Positions 1-9,600 of a DNA stretch of 54,028 nucleotides are shown piece by piece (the stretch's first letter is position 1; each line of letters starts with the position of its first letter). Below the pieces are notes generated by a model, which searched no databases, was not told where the DNA came from, and saw nothing but the letters and a program-made list of their open reading frames with translations. A program made the translations under genes and the position numbers. Source of the DNA: Candidatus Woesearchaeota archaeon (GTDB lineage Archaea; Nanobdellota; Nanobdellia; SCGC-AAA011-G17; PNOQ01); contig CAYPAI010000002.1 in assembly GCA_964408705.1 (NCBI GenBank), positions 2,618 through 56,645 of the forward strand. The letters are read 5' to 3'.

Positions 1-71
1 AAGAAGATTCATCTGAAGAAGATTCATCTGAAGAAGATTCATCTGAAGAAGATTCATCTGAAGAAGATTCT
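1..71 (+). repeat. 15-nt coding tandem repeat GAAGAAGATTCATCT (EEDSS)n
   Basis: Partial unit 1-14, full units 15-29, 30-44 and 45-59, degenerate unit 60-71. Confidence 0.95.
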
Positions 72-80
72 GAGGAATAA
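1..80 (+). CDS. 3' end of a gene with an acidic Glu/Asp/Ser tail (partial)
   Basis: Frame starting at nt 3 reads EDSSEEDSSEEDSSEEDSSEEDSEE, then TAA at 78-80; the start lies outside the window. Confidence 0.75.
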   Translation, partial: EDSSEEDSSEEDSSEEDSSEEDSEE

Positions 81-189
81 GCAATTAATATCATAATTAA
101 TATTAATTTTTAACTTTTTTATTTTTTATTTTTATTAGCTTAAAGCACTTATGAAAAAAATTATAAACTTATAGTAATATATTATTTTT

Positions 190-360
190 ATGAAAATATT
201 AAATAATTTACCTAAAGATTATACTTTTGATTTACCTTTAGGAAATTTAGATAATGAAAATTTGAATGCTAAAATTATGGTTAGTATTTTTAAAGAGTTA
301 AACTTGAGAATAGCTAAATCTTCGCATAAATGCCCTTGGTGTAAGCATGATCTTAGTTAA
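190..360 (+). CDS. small hypothetical protein, 56 aa, C-terminal CPWC
   Basis: Manually translated: MKILNNLPKDYTFDLPLGNLDNENLNAKIMVSIFKELNLRIAKSSHKCPWCKHDLS; TATA-like TTATAAA about 30 nt upstream; below the ORF-track cutoff. Confidence 0.6.
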   Translation: MKILNNLPKDYTFDLPLGNLDNENLNAKIMVSIFKELNLRIAKSSHKCPWCKHDLS

Positions 361-401
361 CCTTAGTTAGTTTTTTATATTAGTTATTATCTAATTTGAT
401 T

Positions 402-902
402 ATGGGAAGGAAATCTTTATTAAACTCTTCATATCTTGGAAGCATAGTTTTGGGATTGAATGATGCATTGGTTGAATTAACTGGTGCTATTGCAGGTATG
501 ACGTTTGCCTTTCAAAATACTAAAATAATCAGTATTGCGGCAATGATTACAGGATTAGCTGCTGCCCTTTCGATGGGTGTTTCGGAATATTTATCTCAAA
601 AAACTGAAAAAAGTACTCTTGTTTCATATAAGTCTGCATTATATACTGGTTTTTCTTATTTAATTACAGTCATTCTTTTAGTAATGCCTTTTATGTTTGG
701 AAATAATGCATTTTTATCTTTAATATTTACAATAATTATTGCAATATCTATTATCTTTTTATTTACATTATATCTCTCTAGAGTTAGAGGATATGATTTC
801 AAGAAAAGGTTCTTTGAGATGTTTACATTAAGTATGGGAGTTGCATTAATTTCATTTGTATTTGGATTATTAATTAGAAACTTTTTTGGAGTTGATGTAT
901 GA
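402..902 (+). CDS. VIT1/CCC1-family (rubrerythrin-associated type) Fe/Mn transporter
   Basis: LGLNDALVELTGAIAG and AAALSMGVSEYLSQK motifs, multiple TM helices; ATG 402 preferred over TTG 396. Confidence 0.85.
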   Translation: MGRKSLLNSSYLGSIVLGLNDALVELTGAIAGMTFAFQNTKIISIAAMITGLAAALSMGVSEYLSQKTEKSTLVSYKSALYTGFSYLITVILLVMPFMFGNNAFLSLIFTIIIAISIIFLFTLYLSRVRGYDFKKRFFEMFTLSMGVALISFVFGLLIRNFFGVDV

Positions 903-1114
903 TTTTAGAATTATTAAAATATTTTATTTATGGTTGGTTAATTTTACTTCTTGGAATAGTCGTGAATTTTTTAGCTAAAAAAATTAACCTTATTACTTGG
1001 TATGATTTTTTAGTATTTGGTGAAAATTTAGCAATAAAAGATGTTATTTTTTTATTTTTAGTTTATCCTACATTATTTGGAATATTGTTATATTTCTTAA
1101 AAAATTCTTTATAA
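899..1114 (+). CDS. small membrane hypothetical protein
   Basis: 71 aa with 2 TM helices; ATGA overlap with the upstream gene. Confidence 0.7.
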   Translation: MILELLKYFIYGWLILLLGIVVNFLAKKINLITWYDFLVFGENLAIKDVIFLFLVYPTLFGILLYFLKNSL

Positions 1115-1179
1115 ATGGCATTTTAGTAATATTTATAAAATAAAAGCTTCATAATATACTAAAACAAGAGGAGGTGTCA

Positions 1180-1377
1180 ATGTTGGCAAAGAAAACAACA
1201 CTCGATTGGATTACGTTAATATTAGTAATCGTGGGTGGACTTAACTGGGGACTAGTAGGTTTTTTTAGTTTCGATCTTGTAGCTACACTTTTTGGTGGTA
1301 TGGGACTTACTAATATAGTTTATGACTTAGTTGGTTTATCTGCATTATATATGCTATATAAAATGTGTATGAAGTAA
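1180..1377 (+). CDS. DUF378 family membrane protein
   Basis: LVIVGGLNWGLVG...DLVATLFG...VYDLVGLSALY signature; strong SD GAGGAGGTG at 1168-1176 supports ATG 1180. Confidence 0.9.
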   Translation: MLAKKTTLDWITLILVIVGGLNWGLVGFFSFDLVATLFGGMGLTNIVYDLVGLSALYMLYKMCMK

Positions 1378-1382
1378 TAATT

Positions 1383-1412
1383 TACTTCATTTTTTCTTTT
1401 TTTCTTTTTTTA
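1383..1412 (+). terminator. probable archaeal U-rich terminator
   Basis: Long oligo-T tracts directly after the DUF378 stop. Confidence 0.5.
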
Positions 1413-1467
1413 TTAATTTTCAATTAACCAAAATCTTTTTAAATCACATATTTTTGTAAGTTTTATT

Positions 1468-1725
1468 ATGGAAGGCACTATAGTTAATTATAGGGGAAGT
1501 CATAAGACTCAATACCCTAATCAGATGATAATCAAAGTAGATGGTATAAACTCTAAAGAGGGTGCTAAAGGTTTAGTAAAAAAAGAAGTTATTTGGGAAA
1601 CCCCTTCTAAAAAAGAAATGAAAGGAATAATATTAAAAGAACATGGAAATAAAGGTGCTGTAAGAGTTAAGTTTACACCCGGTCTTCCTGGTCAATCTAT
1701 TGGTAGTAAAGTTAAAATAAACTAA
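1468..1725 (+). CDS. rpl35ae: 50S ribosomal protein L35Ae
   Basis: G.IVNYRGS..TQ.PNQMII and HGNKGAVRVKF..GLPGQSIG motifs. Confidence 0.93.
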   Translation: MEGTIVNYRGSHKTQYPNQMIIKVDGINSKEGAKGLVKKEVIWETPSKKEMKGIILKEHGNKGAVRVKFTPGLPGQSIGSKVKIN

Positions 1726-1726
1726 A

Positions 1727-2242
1727 ATGGCAACATTAAGAAAAGCAAAATGTTATAGGAATATTGAAAGGGCTTATACTAGAAAATCTAAATATAAAAA
1801 GAAAGGGTTTGTTAAGTCTCCTACTGCGATTAAGATAGTTAAATATCACATGGGCGATACTACTAAAGATTTTAAAAAAGTTGTAAAATTAGTTTCTAAA
1901 GATAAATATCAAGTTAGGCATAATGCCTTAGAATCTTGTAGAATGCTAATCAATAGGCAATTGATTAAAAAGTTTGGACCTAAAGGATACCATATGTTCA
2001 TCAATATTTTTCCACATCATATCCTAAGAGAAAATAAAATGCTTACTGGGGCAGGGGCAGATAGAATGCAATCAGGAATGAAGCATGCTTTTGGTAAGGC
2101 AATGGGTAGTGCTGCACAAGTAAAAAAAGGAACTACTATATTTACTGTAATGGTAGATAATGAAGAAATTTTTGTTTTAGAACTTATGAAAAAGGTAAAG
2201 AATAGACTTCCTGGTCCTGTTTCTGTTGAAATTGCTAAATAG
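1727..2242 (+). CDS. rpl10e: 50S ribosomal protein uL16 (L10e)
   Basis: QVRHNALESCR, FPHHILRENKMLTGAGADRMQSGMKHAFGK. Confidence 0.97.
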   Translation: MATLRKAKCYRNIERAYTRKSKYKKKGFVKSPTAIKIVKYHMGDTTKDFKKVVKLVSKDKYQVRHNALESCRMLINRQLIKKFGPKGYHMFINIFPHHILRENKMLTGAGADRMQSGMKHAFGKAMGSAAQVKKGTTIFTVMVDNEEIFVLELMKKVKNRLPGPVSVEIAK

Positions 2243-2321
2243 GATTTTGATTATGAGTTATTATCTAGATTGATTTATCAAAAACTTTAAATAATTCTTT
2301 AGTTTTTTTAAATAAGAGAGG

Positions 2322-4631
2322 ATGGTAAATTGTATTTGGATAAAACAGATTTCTAAAGAGGATATCCCTTTAGTTGGAGGCAAAGCTGCTAATTTAGGAG
2401 AAATTGCAAAAAATAATTTTCCAGTTCCTGGAGGATTTGTTGTAACTGCAGAAGCTTATAAGTTATTTTTGGATAAAACAGGGATACAAAAAGAAATTAA
2501 TCAAATTCTAGAAAAAACTGATATTAGTAACACAGATCAATTAAAATCTTCTTCTGAAAAGATACAAAATTTAGTTCTATCTGCAGAGATGCCTACTGAA
2601 ATTAAATTAGATGTTCAAAAATATTATAAAAATATTAATACAGGTACTGGTATTACTACTCTACCTGCTAAGGCTGCAAATTTAATTAATATTGGCAGAG
2701 ATTTGCCATTTATTGCTGCAAGAAGTAGTGCAACTGCAGAGGATCTGCCTGAGGCATCTTTTGCAGGCCAACAAGCTACTTATCTTAATGTTAAAGGACA
2801 AGATAATGTTGTAAAGGCCGTTCATCAATGTTGGGCCTCTCTTTATACTGCAAGAGCAATTTATTATAGGGAAACTAATAATTTTGAACATGCTAAAGTG
2901 TATATTGCAGTCGTTATCCAAAAAATGGTTAATTCTGAGAAGTCTGGAGTTATGTTTACTATTGATCCAGTAACTAATGATGAGACTAAAATTATAATTG
3001 AAGCTGGTTTTGGATTGGGGGATGCAATTGTTTCTGGCGCAATCTCTCCTAATAGATATGTTGTTGATAAAAATAAGTGGTTAATTATGGATAAGAAGAT
3101 GCCTGGCCAAGATTGGATGTTTACGAGGGATATTAATACAGGAAGAACTAAAAAACAAGCATTAAGCGATGATAAATCTAAGAAACAAGTTTTGACTGAT
3201 GGTGAAATTATTGCTTTAGCTAAACTTTCTAGAAAAATTGAGAAACATTATGGAAATCCCCAAGATATAGAATATGCAATCGAGAATAATAGATTATATA
3301 TTGTCCAGACCAGGGCAGTAACTACTCAAAAAAAGGTTGAAGAAGTTAAGGAGATAGTTAAAGAAAAAATTGAGGGTGAAGTTATTCTTAAGGGTTTATC
3401 TGCTTCCCCTGGAGTCGGAATTGGTAATGTTAAGCTTGTTCATGGTTTAGAGGATTTAAATAAAATCGAAAAAAATGATGTTTTAGTTACTAAAATGACA
3501 AATCCAGATATGGTTCCTGCTATGGAAAAAGCTTCTGCCATAGTAACTGACGAAGGTGGATCTACTTGCCATGCTGCAATTGTAAGTAGAGAATTAGGCG
3601 TTCCTGCAGTAGTTGGTACTGAAAAAGCTACAGAGATTTTAGAAGAAAATAAGATTATTAGTGTAGACGGTTCTTCAGGTAAAATTTATTCTGGGAAAGT
3701 TGAAGTTGAAGAACCTAAGGAAGAAATAACAGTTGAAGATATGAATATTGATACAGTTACTAAAATTAAGGTTAATGTAGATCTACCACAGGCCTTAGAA
3801 AGGGCTAAAGCTACTAATCCTGATGGAGTTGGATTAGTCCGATTAGAATTTATGATTGCAGAAAAGGGTGTACATCCTGCCAAATATATTAGAGATGGAA
3901 GACAACAGGAATACACTGACTTTTTGGCTTTTAGATTAAAAAATATTGCTGAAAGTTTTGAGGGAAAACCTGTATGGGTCAGAACTTCAGATATAAGAAG
4001 TGATGAGTATAGGGAGTTAGAAGGCGGGAATATAGATGATAAAGAGTCAAATCCTATGATGGGTTGGCACGCCATAAGGAGAAGTTTAGATGAAAAAGGA
4101 ATACTTAAAGCTGAATTAAACGCAATAAAAAAGTTAAGAGAAGAAGGTATAAATAATATTTCAGTTATGCTTCCGATGGTTACTCATGTTAACCAAGTTA
4201 ATAAAACTAAAGAAATAATGGCGGATTTGGGCTTAGATTGTGATTTGGGTATAATGGTTGAAACCCCTGCAGCAGTTGAGATAATTAGCGACTTAGCAAA
4301 TACTGGGATAAAATTTGCTAGTATTGGATCCAATGATTTAACACAATTTGTACTTGCAGTAGATAGAAATAATGCTAAAGTTCAAAATTTGTATAATGAG
4401 TTACATCCTGCAGTATTAAAGCAAATTAAAAGAGTAATAAAAAACTGTAAAAAATTAGGTGTTAAATCTAGTATTTGTGGCCAAGCTGGATCTAATCCTG
4501 AAATGGTTAAAAAGTTGGTTAGTTTTGGTATAGATTCAATATCTGCTAATATTGATGCAGTAGGTAAAATCAGGAAAGTTGTATCAGATGAAGAAAAAAG
4601 AATTTTATTAGATATTGCTAGAAATAACTAA
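2322..4631 (+). CDS. ppsA: phosphoenolpyruvate synthase
   Basis: VGGKAANLGE, RSSATAEDLPEASFAGQQ, phospho-His motif GGSTCHAAIVSRELG, SIGSNDLTQF. Confidence 0.97.
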   Translation: MVNCIWIKQISKEDIPLVGGKAANLGEIAKNNFPVPGGFVVTAEAYKLFLDKTGIQKEINQILEKTDISNTDQLKSSSEKIQNLVLSAEMPTEIKLDVQKYYKNINTGTGITTLPAKAANLINIGRDLPFIAARSSATAEDLPEASFAGQQATYLNVKGQDNVVKAVHQCWASLYTARAIYYRETNNFEHAKVYIAVVIQKMVNSEKSGVMFTIDPVTNDETKIIIEAGFGLGDAIVSGAISPNRYVVDKNKWLIMDKKMPGQDWMFTRDINTGRTKKQALSDDKSKKQVLTDGEIIALAKLSRKIEKHYGNPQDIEYAIENNRLYIVQTRAVTTQKKVEEVKEIVKEKIEGEVILKGLSASPGVGIGNVKLVHGLEDLNKIEKNDVLVTKMTNPDMVPAMEKASAIVTDEGGSTCHAAIVSRELGVPAVVGTEKATEILEENKIISVDGSSGKIYSGKVEVEEPKEEITVEDMNIDTVTKIKVNVDLPQALERAKATNPDGVGLVRLEFMIAEKGVHPAKYIRDGRQQEYTDFLAFRLKNIAESFEGKPVWVRTSDIRSDEYRELEGGNIDDKESNPMMGWHAIRRSLDEKGILKAELNAIKKLREEGINNISVMLPMVTHVNQVNKTKEIMADLGLDCDLGIMVETPAAVEIISDLANTGIKFASIGSNDLTQFVLAVDRNNAKVQNLYNELHPAVLKQIKRVIKNCKKLGVKSSICGQAGSNPEMVKKLVSFGIDSISANIDAVGKIRKVVSDEEKRILLDIARNN

Positions 4632-4686
4632 TAATAACTAGATAATTATAGAAAAGTTTTTATATTAAAAAAAAATCTCTAGTATT

Positions 4687-5277
4687 ATGAAATATAGATA
4701 TGCGATATTAAATGCCATAAGTTTTGGAATAATATTTGGATTTTTAACTTCAATTTCTACCCAGATTGGCTCAAATATACTATTTGTATCTTCAGTTTAT
4801 ATAAACTCATTAATTTGGGCTTTAGTTGGATTTATGATAGTTATTTTGATTCATTATGTTGCAGATTTTCATAAAAGAGCCCCTTCGCATGTTAATTCAA
4901 ATTTAGTTATGCTTCCTACTGCATTGTTATTAATCTTATTTTTATTCTTAGGATATTTATTTTTTAATGGTTCTTCTAACACAAGTGTTAACTCTTATGT
5001 AATTGATGAAACTATATATTCTCAAAATTCTGAAGAAGATTTATTTGAAGAATCTATTGAAGAAGATTCATCCGAAAAATCTGGGATTTGTCAAGAACAT
5101 AAATTAGTATCATCTTATCATGAAGAAGCTGAATCTTATTATCACGAGGAAATTTGGGAAGATATCCATCCTCCAGAGAGTAATAATTCTTATTATAGGT
5201 GTAATCTTATTGAAGACTGTTTTGACAAATTACCAGATTATGATCAATCTAAACTTAGATGTAATGTCTTAGAATAA
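4687..5277 (+). CDS. hypothetical membrane protein (3 TM plus acidic, Cys-containing C-terminal domain)
   Basis: Hydrophobic N-terminal half; Glu/Asp-rich C-terminal half with 4 Cys. Confidence 0.7.
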   Translation: MKYRYAILNAISFGIIFGFLTSISTQIGSNILFVSSVYINSLIWALVGFMIVILIHYVADFHKRAPSHVNSNLVMLPTALLLILFLFLGYLFFNGSSNTSVNSYVIDETIYSQNSEEDLFEESIEEDSSEKSGICQEHKLVSSYHEEAESYYHEEIWEDIHPPESNNSYYRCNLIEDCFDKLPDYDQSKLRCNVLE

Positions 5278-5336
5278 GTTGTATTCTTGTCATGAATCAC
5301 AAAAGAATTTATAAGTTACGCTTGAATTGATATCTA

Positions 5337-7148
5337 ATGAATAATTTATTTCCATTTGATAAATATAGGGAAAGTCAAGACAGGTTCATAAAAGTTGTTG
5401 AAACTGCTTTAAAACATAAAAAAGATGTTTTAGCCGAAGTACCTACGGGAGTAGGAAAAACTGCAGCAGTTTTGACTCCATCTTTAGAATATGCTCTTAA
5501 GCATAAGAAGAAGGTTTTATTCTTAACTTCAAAACATACTCACCATGGAATAGCTATAGAAACCTTAAAAAAAATAAAAAATAAACATAATATAAATATT
5601 CGAGTTGCTGACTTTATTGGAAAAGTTTGGATGTGCGCTAGGCAAGAAGTTGACCCTAGGAACTCTAGTAATTTTAGAGATTATTGCAAACATCTTGTTG
5701 AAAATAAGGCTTGTAAGTATTATGAAAACTTCCATAATAAATCTAACTTTTTTTCTACAAAGTTCCTACTTGATAATCTAAAAAATAAAATATATCATGT
5801 TGAAGAGTTAATTGAAGAATGTAAAGATTCAAAAGTTTGTCCCTATGAAGCTGCAAATAAAATTGCAAAAGATTCTATAGTTATTATTGCTGATTATTTT
5901 CAAATGTTAGATCCGGGAATTAGGCAAGCTTTTTTGAAAAAATTAAATATTGATATAGAAGATTGTATTGTTGTATGGGATGAAGCTCATAATCTTCCTT
6001 CTAGGGCAAGATCTTTGTTGAGTGATACTATTACTGATTTTGGTTTAGATAGGGCCTTAAATGAATCTATAAAATTTAATTTGGAGTTAGATGAAGCTAT
6101 AATTGAAATAAAAAATAAATTAGAAAAACTTACTGATAAATATAGTGGTAATGAGGTTTTAATTGAAAAAGATGAATTTGGTGAGATAAGTAATGATTTT
6201 ATTGAAGATTTATATCATGCTTCTGAAAAAGTACTAGAAAAACAACCAATTAGTTCTATTAGAGCCTTATCAAAATTTTTAGAACTTTGGAATATTGAAG
6301 GAAAGGAATACTCCAGGATATTGAGTAAGAAAAAAACTAAGCTTGGAAGAATTGTAATTTCTTTAGAAAAAAATTGTCTAGATCCTGCAATACTCTTAAA
6401 TGACGTAGTTGAAGAATCTCACTCTAATATATTTATGAGTGGTACATTATATCCTCTTGATATGTATGAAGATATATTTAATTTAAAATATCCTATGAAA
6501 TTAGATTTTCAAAATCCTTATCCCAAGGAAAATAGGCTAGATTTAGTTCTACCGCTTATTAGTACTAAGTATAGCATGAGGACTGACGATATGTACAAAA
6601 AAATTGCAAAATATTGCAAGGATTTAATTAAAGAAATTAAAGGCAATAAAATATTCTTTTTTCCAAGTTATGATATCTTAACAAGAATTAAACTATGTTT
6701 TGAAGAAGATATACTTTTTGAGGAGCAAGGAATGGATAAAAAGTCTAAGGAGGATTTACTAAATAAGCTTAGATCTTCAAATAATAATGTTTTATTTGCA
6801 GTTAGTGCAGGTAGCTTTGGAGAGGGAATAAATTTAGAAGGAGAAGCTTTATCTGGAGTAGTAATAGTGGGTATACCCTTTGCAAGATTTGATTTAATAT
6901 CTAAAGAATTATCTAGATATTATGATGAAAAATTTGGAAAAGGACAAGACTATGCTTATGTTCTTCCAGCATTTACTAAAGTTTTACAGAATGCAGGTAG
7001 ATGTATAAGAAGTGAAAAAGATAAAGGAGTTATTGTTTATTTAGATGAGAGGTATGCGTGGAGCAATTATTCTAAATATTTTCCAAATTCAGTAAATTTA
7101 AAGAAATCTAGGGATTACGAAATATTGAAAAACTTTTATTCACCTTAA
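5337..7148 (+). CDS. xpd: XPD/Rad3/DinG-family Fe-S DNA helicase
   Basis: Q motif (YRESQ), PTGVGKT, four Cys of the Fe-S domain, DEAHNL, SGTL, QNAGRCIRSEKD. Confidence 0.9.
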   Translation: MNNLFPFDKYRESQDRFIKVVETALKHKKDVLAEVPTGVGKTAAVLTPSLEYALKHKKKVLFLTSKHTHHGIAIETLKKIKNKHNINIRVADFIGKVWMCARQEVDPRNSSNFRDYCKHLVENKACKYYENFHNKSNFFSTKFLLDNLKNKIYHVEELIEECKDSKVCPYEAANKIAKDSIVIIADYFQMLDPGIRQAFLKKLNIDIEDCIVVWDEAHNLPSRARSLLSDTITDFGLDRALNESIKFNLELDEAIIEIKNKLEKLTDKYSGNEVLIEKDEFGEISNDFIEDLYHASEKVLEKQPISSIRALSKFLELWNIEGKEYSRILSKKKTKLGRIVISLEKNCLDPAILLNDVVEESHSNIFMSGTLYPLDMYEDIFNLKYPMKLDFQNPYPKENRLDLVLPLISTKYSMRTDDMYKKIAKYCKDLIKEIKGNKIFFFPSYDILTRIKLCFEEDILFEEQGMDKKSKEDLLNKLRSSNNNVLFAVSAGSFGEGINLEGEALSGVVIVGIPFARFDLISKELSRYYDEKFGKGQDYAYVLPAFTKVLQNAGRCIRSEKDKGVIVYLDERYAWSNYSKYFPNSVNLKKSRDYEILKNFYSP

Positions 7149-7153
7149 TTGAT

Positions 7154-8929
7154 TTATAGTATAAACTCAATATCCTTACCATATATCTTTCTTAAATCTT
7201 CAATAGTTTTTAACTTCAAATTATTTTCTCTTAATAATTGTTTAGTTAATAGAGTATTTTCTAGATCTATAGTATTAGTTTCACTAAGTTTTCCTATATT
7301 TCCTTTTGAATCTAGTTCTGCTTTTTTTATTTGTTTTTTTGTTTTTTTGTTCTCAATTATAAAAATCTTATTATCTAACAGAATTATTTCTCCATTTTTA
7401 TTATTTGCTTTGAATTTTATTTTAGTTTCTTCTATTCCTAAAAACTTTTTTCTTTGTAGTTGTTGAGTTAAAATTCTAATATATGTTCTTAATTGTCTTT
7501 TTATTTTTTCTAATTCTGACTTCGTTATTTTATTCTTTTTAAAATCATTTTTTGTATCTTCAAAAGTTTTGTAATCATCAGATAGACTTTCAGGTAATCC
7601 TTCTTGTTGGCAGAATTTTTTTATACCTAGTCTAAAATTAGTAGTTTTTATCTTTGAGCTTGCAAGAACTTCCTTTGTAACATTAATTACTGCATTACTT
7701 ATCTCCTTGAAACTTTCTTTTTCTCTTTTTCTCTCTATTTGGTTAAATAATTTTTTTATTCTTTTTAAATAATCTTCAACATCTTTCAATAACTTATCAA
7801 CTTCTGCACCAGTTATATTTTTAACTTCCCCATGTTCCATGTCTTTAAAGAATTTTATTATTCTCTCTAGAGTGTTTACATATTTTTGTTCTAAAATCTT
7901 TTCTTTTTTTACAAATATTTCTTTTAATAACTTAACTGTTTCCTTAGGTGTTGGAGGTGCTATACCATGTAGCATTAATGCAGCTTGTGAAGGATTTAAG
8001 GTTGCATAATATAGATCTTCTCCTGCTAGCATTAAGAGCTTTTTTTTAGCACGTTCCAATAGGCTCTCCCCTACATTCATGTGCATATCAATAGATTCTG
8101 GAGAAGGTTTGATTCTTCCCATCTTTAATAATAATCTCCAAGGATTGAAAACTCCTCGATCATATAGAGGTACTCCATCTCTTAAAAATGTGAATATTAC
8201 AGGGTGTGCATCCTTTACAGACTCCCAAAAATCAGTTAGTATATATGTTTGAACATGAAATTGTTTTTTTACACCAGTTATTGCACTTGCCTCTATAGCC
8301 ATTGATTGAATTAATTGTCTAAGTTTTTCCTTTAATTCTCCCCTTGTCATTCTTTTTACATCAGTATCATCAACTACAATATAGACATCAATATCATTTG
8401 ATTTTTCTCCCCTGAATAATGACCCTGCAGCAATATAGCTAACTATATATTTTTCAAACTTTTTTATAGTCATAGTTTTATGGACTTCTGATATTTTTAA
8501 TGCAGATAGGAAATCCATTGGATCATAAATTATTCCAGAGATTGCCATAAGTTGTAATATTTCATATTTGCTATCAAATAAGGATTCTTTTACTTCTGAA
8601 ATTAAGTTTATATCTATCCATAATTCCTTATCTATAGAATTTGCTATTTTTATTAAGTTTCTAGAGATTTTGTCTTTTAGTTTAAAATCTGGTACTTTCT
8701 TAGACTTAGAATCATCTAAAACTACTAAGATGTTTATTTTTTTATTTTCTTTTTCTATCTGGTCATTAGGTATTCCCTTTATTTCGTTTGGATTTATCTT
8801 TTTAGGTGGAAGTAATGCAATACCTATTATATCTTTTTTATGAGATTTGATAGCAATTTTTTTGAATTTTTCAATCTTGTTTTCAAATTCTTTTTGCTTT
8901 TTATTTTTTTGAGAAATCTTTTTATCCAT
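7154..8929 (-). CDS. nucleotidyltransferase (Pol-beta/MNT) domain protein with HEPN-like C-terminal region
   Basis: GSLFRG...DIDVYIVVDD catalytic motif; earlier degenerate copy (INILVVLDD); helical LYYA...AALMLHG segment. Confidence 0.75.
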   Translation of the reverse strand: MDKKISQKNKKQKEFENKIEKFKKIAIKSHKKDIIGIALLPPKKINPNEIKGIPNDQIEKENKKINILVVLDDSKSKKVPDFKLKDKISRNLIKIANSIDKELWIDINLISEVKESLFDSKYEILQLMAISGIIYDPMDFLSALKISEVHKTMTIKKFEKYIVSYIAAGSLFRGEKSNDIDVYIVVDDTDVKRMTRGELKEKLRQLIQSMAIEASAITGVKKQFHVQTYILTDFWESVKDAHPVIFTFLRDGVPLYDRGVFNPWRLLLKMGRIKPSPESIDMHMNVGESLLERAKKKLLMLAGEDLYYATLNPSQAALMLHGIAPPTPKETVKLLKEIFVKKEKILEQKYVNTLERIIKFFKDMEHGEVKNITGAEVDKLLKDVEDYLKRIKKLFNQIERKREKESFKEISNAVINVTKEVLASSKIKTTNFRLGIKKFCQQEGLPESLSDDYKTFEDTKNDFKKNKITKSELEKIKRQLRTYIRILTQQLQRKKFLGIEETKIKFKANNKNGEIILLDNKIFIIENKKTKKQIKKAELDSKGNIGKLSETNTIDLENTLLTKQLLRENNLKLKTIEDLRKIYGKDIEFIL

Positions 8930-8950
8930 GTTATAAAATCGAGTTTATTT

Positions 8951-9012
8951 AATATATAAATCTTTTCATGTATTTTTATTTTTAGGAGTGAACATAGAAA
9001 CTTTTTTAAAAA
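8951..9012. promoter_or_regulatory. divergent archaeal promoters (MNT gene / tRNA-Val)
   Basis: Minus-strand TTTATATA at 8953-8960, about 24 nt before ATG 8929; plus-strand TTTTTAAA at 9003-9010 with purine-rich BRE-like AGAAA, about 27 nt before the tRNA. Confidence 0.55.
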
Positions 9013-9036
9013 GGTTATTATCTATGATTGTACTAA

Positions 9037-9109
9037 GAGCCCGTGGTCTAGTGGTTATGACGACACCCTTACAAGGTGTAGATCGGGAGTTCGATTCTCT
9101 CCGGGCTCA
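9037..9109 (+). tRNA. tRNA-Val (anticodon TAC), no intron, CCA not encoded
   Basis: Acceptor GAGCCCG/CGGGCTC; D-loop AGTGG; anticodon stem ACACC/GGTGT with loop CT-TAC-AA (anticodon 9070-9072); T arm GGGAG-TTCGATT-CTCTC. Confidence 0.97.
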
Positions 9110-9117
9110 TATAAAAT

Positions 9118-9600
9118 ATGGAAAATCGAAATAAAAAAGAAATATTGAATGAGTTAGAGAATAAATTTAACTTAATGAAAAAAGATCTAAAATTAAAAAA
9201 TAATCTAGATGAATTTGATGAAAGATTTTCAGTAAGAGATTTTATCCTGTCTGAAGGTTATGTATCTGATAATTTACCTAGGCAATTTGCAAATAGGGTT
9301 GGAAATTATCTTGATATGTGGGTAAACTATCTACACTCATTAGTCATGCCTAATCCTGGATCTATGATTAACCTTACCGAACATGGGATACTTGATGAAG
9401 ATGATAAATCTAAAATAATAAAACTGATAGATGGGATTATGGAACTAACTACATCTAGTGTTTTAGCTGGATTTACACAAACAAACAAAGATAAGTCCAA
9501 ATATCTTAATAATTGTATGGATTTTTGTGATAATAAACTATCTGTGGGATTAATTCCTATTATAAAAAAAATTAATACTAATTGGAAACAAAAGAGTTAG
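9118..9600 (+). CDS. hypothetical protein
   Basis: 160-aa ORF with normal composition, 8 nt after the tRNA. Confidence 0.7.
   Translation: MENRNKKEILNELENKFNLMKKDLKLKNNLDEFDERFSVRDFILSEGYVSDNLPRQFANRVGNYLDMWVNYLHSLVMPNPGSMINLTEHGILDEDDKSKIIKLIDGIMELTTSSVLAGFTQTNKDKSKYLNNCMDFCDNKLSVGLIPIIKKINTNWKQKS

Noticed and set aside
9037-9600. tRNA-Val as an integration site for a mobile element
   Set aside because: No integrase and no duplicated tRNA 3' end found in the window; the flanking genes look chromosomal
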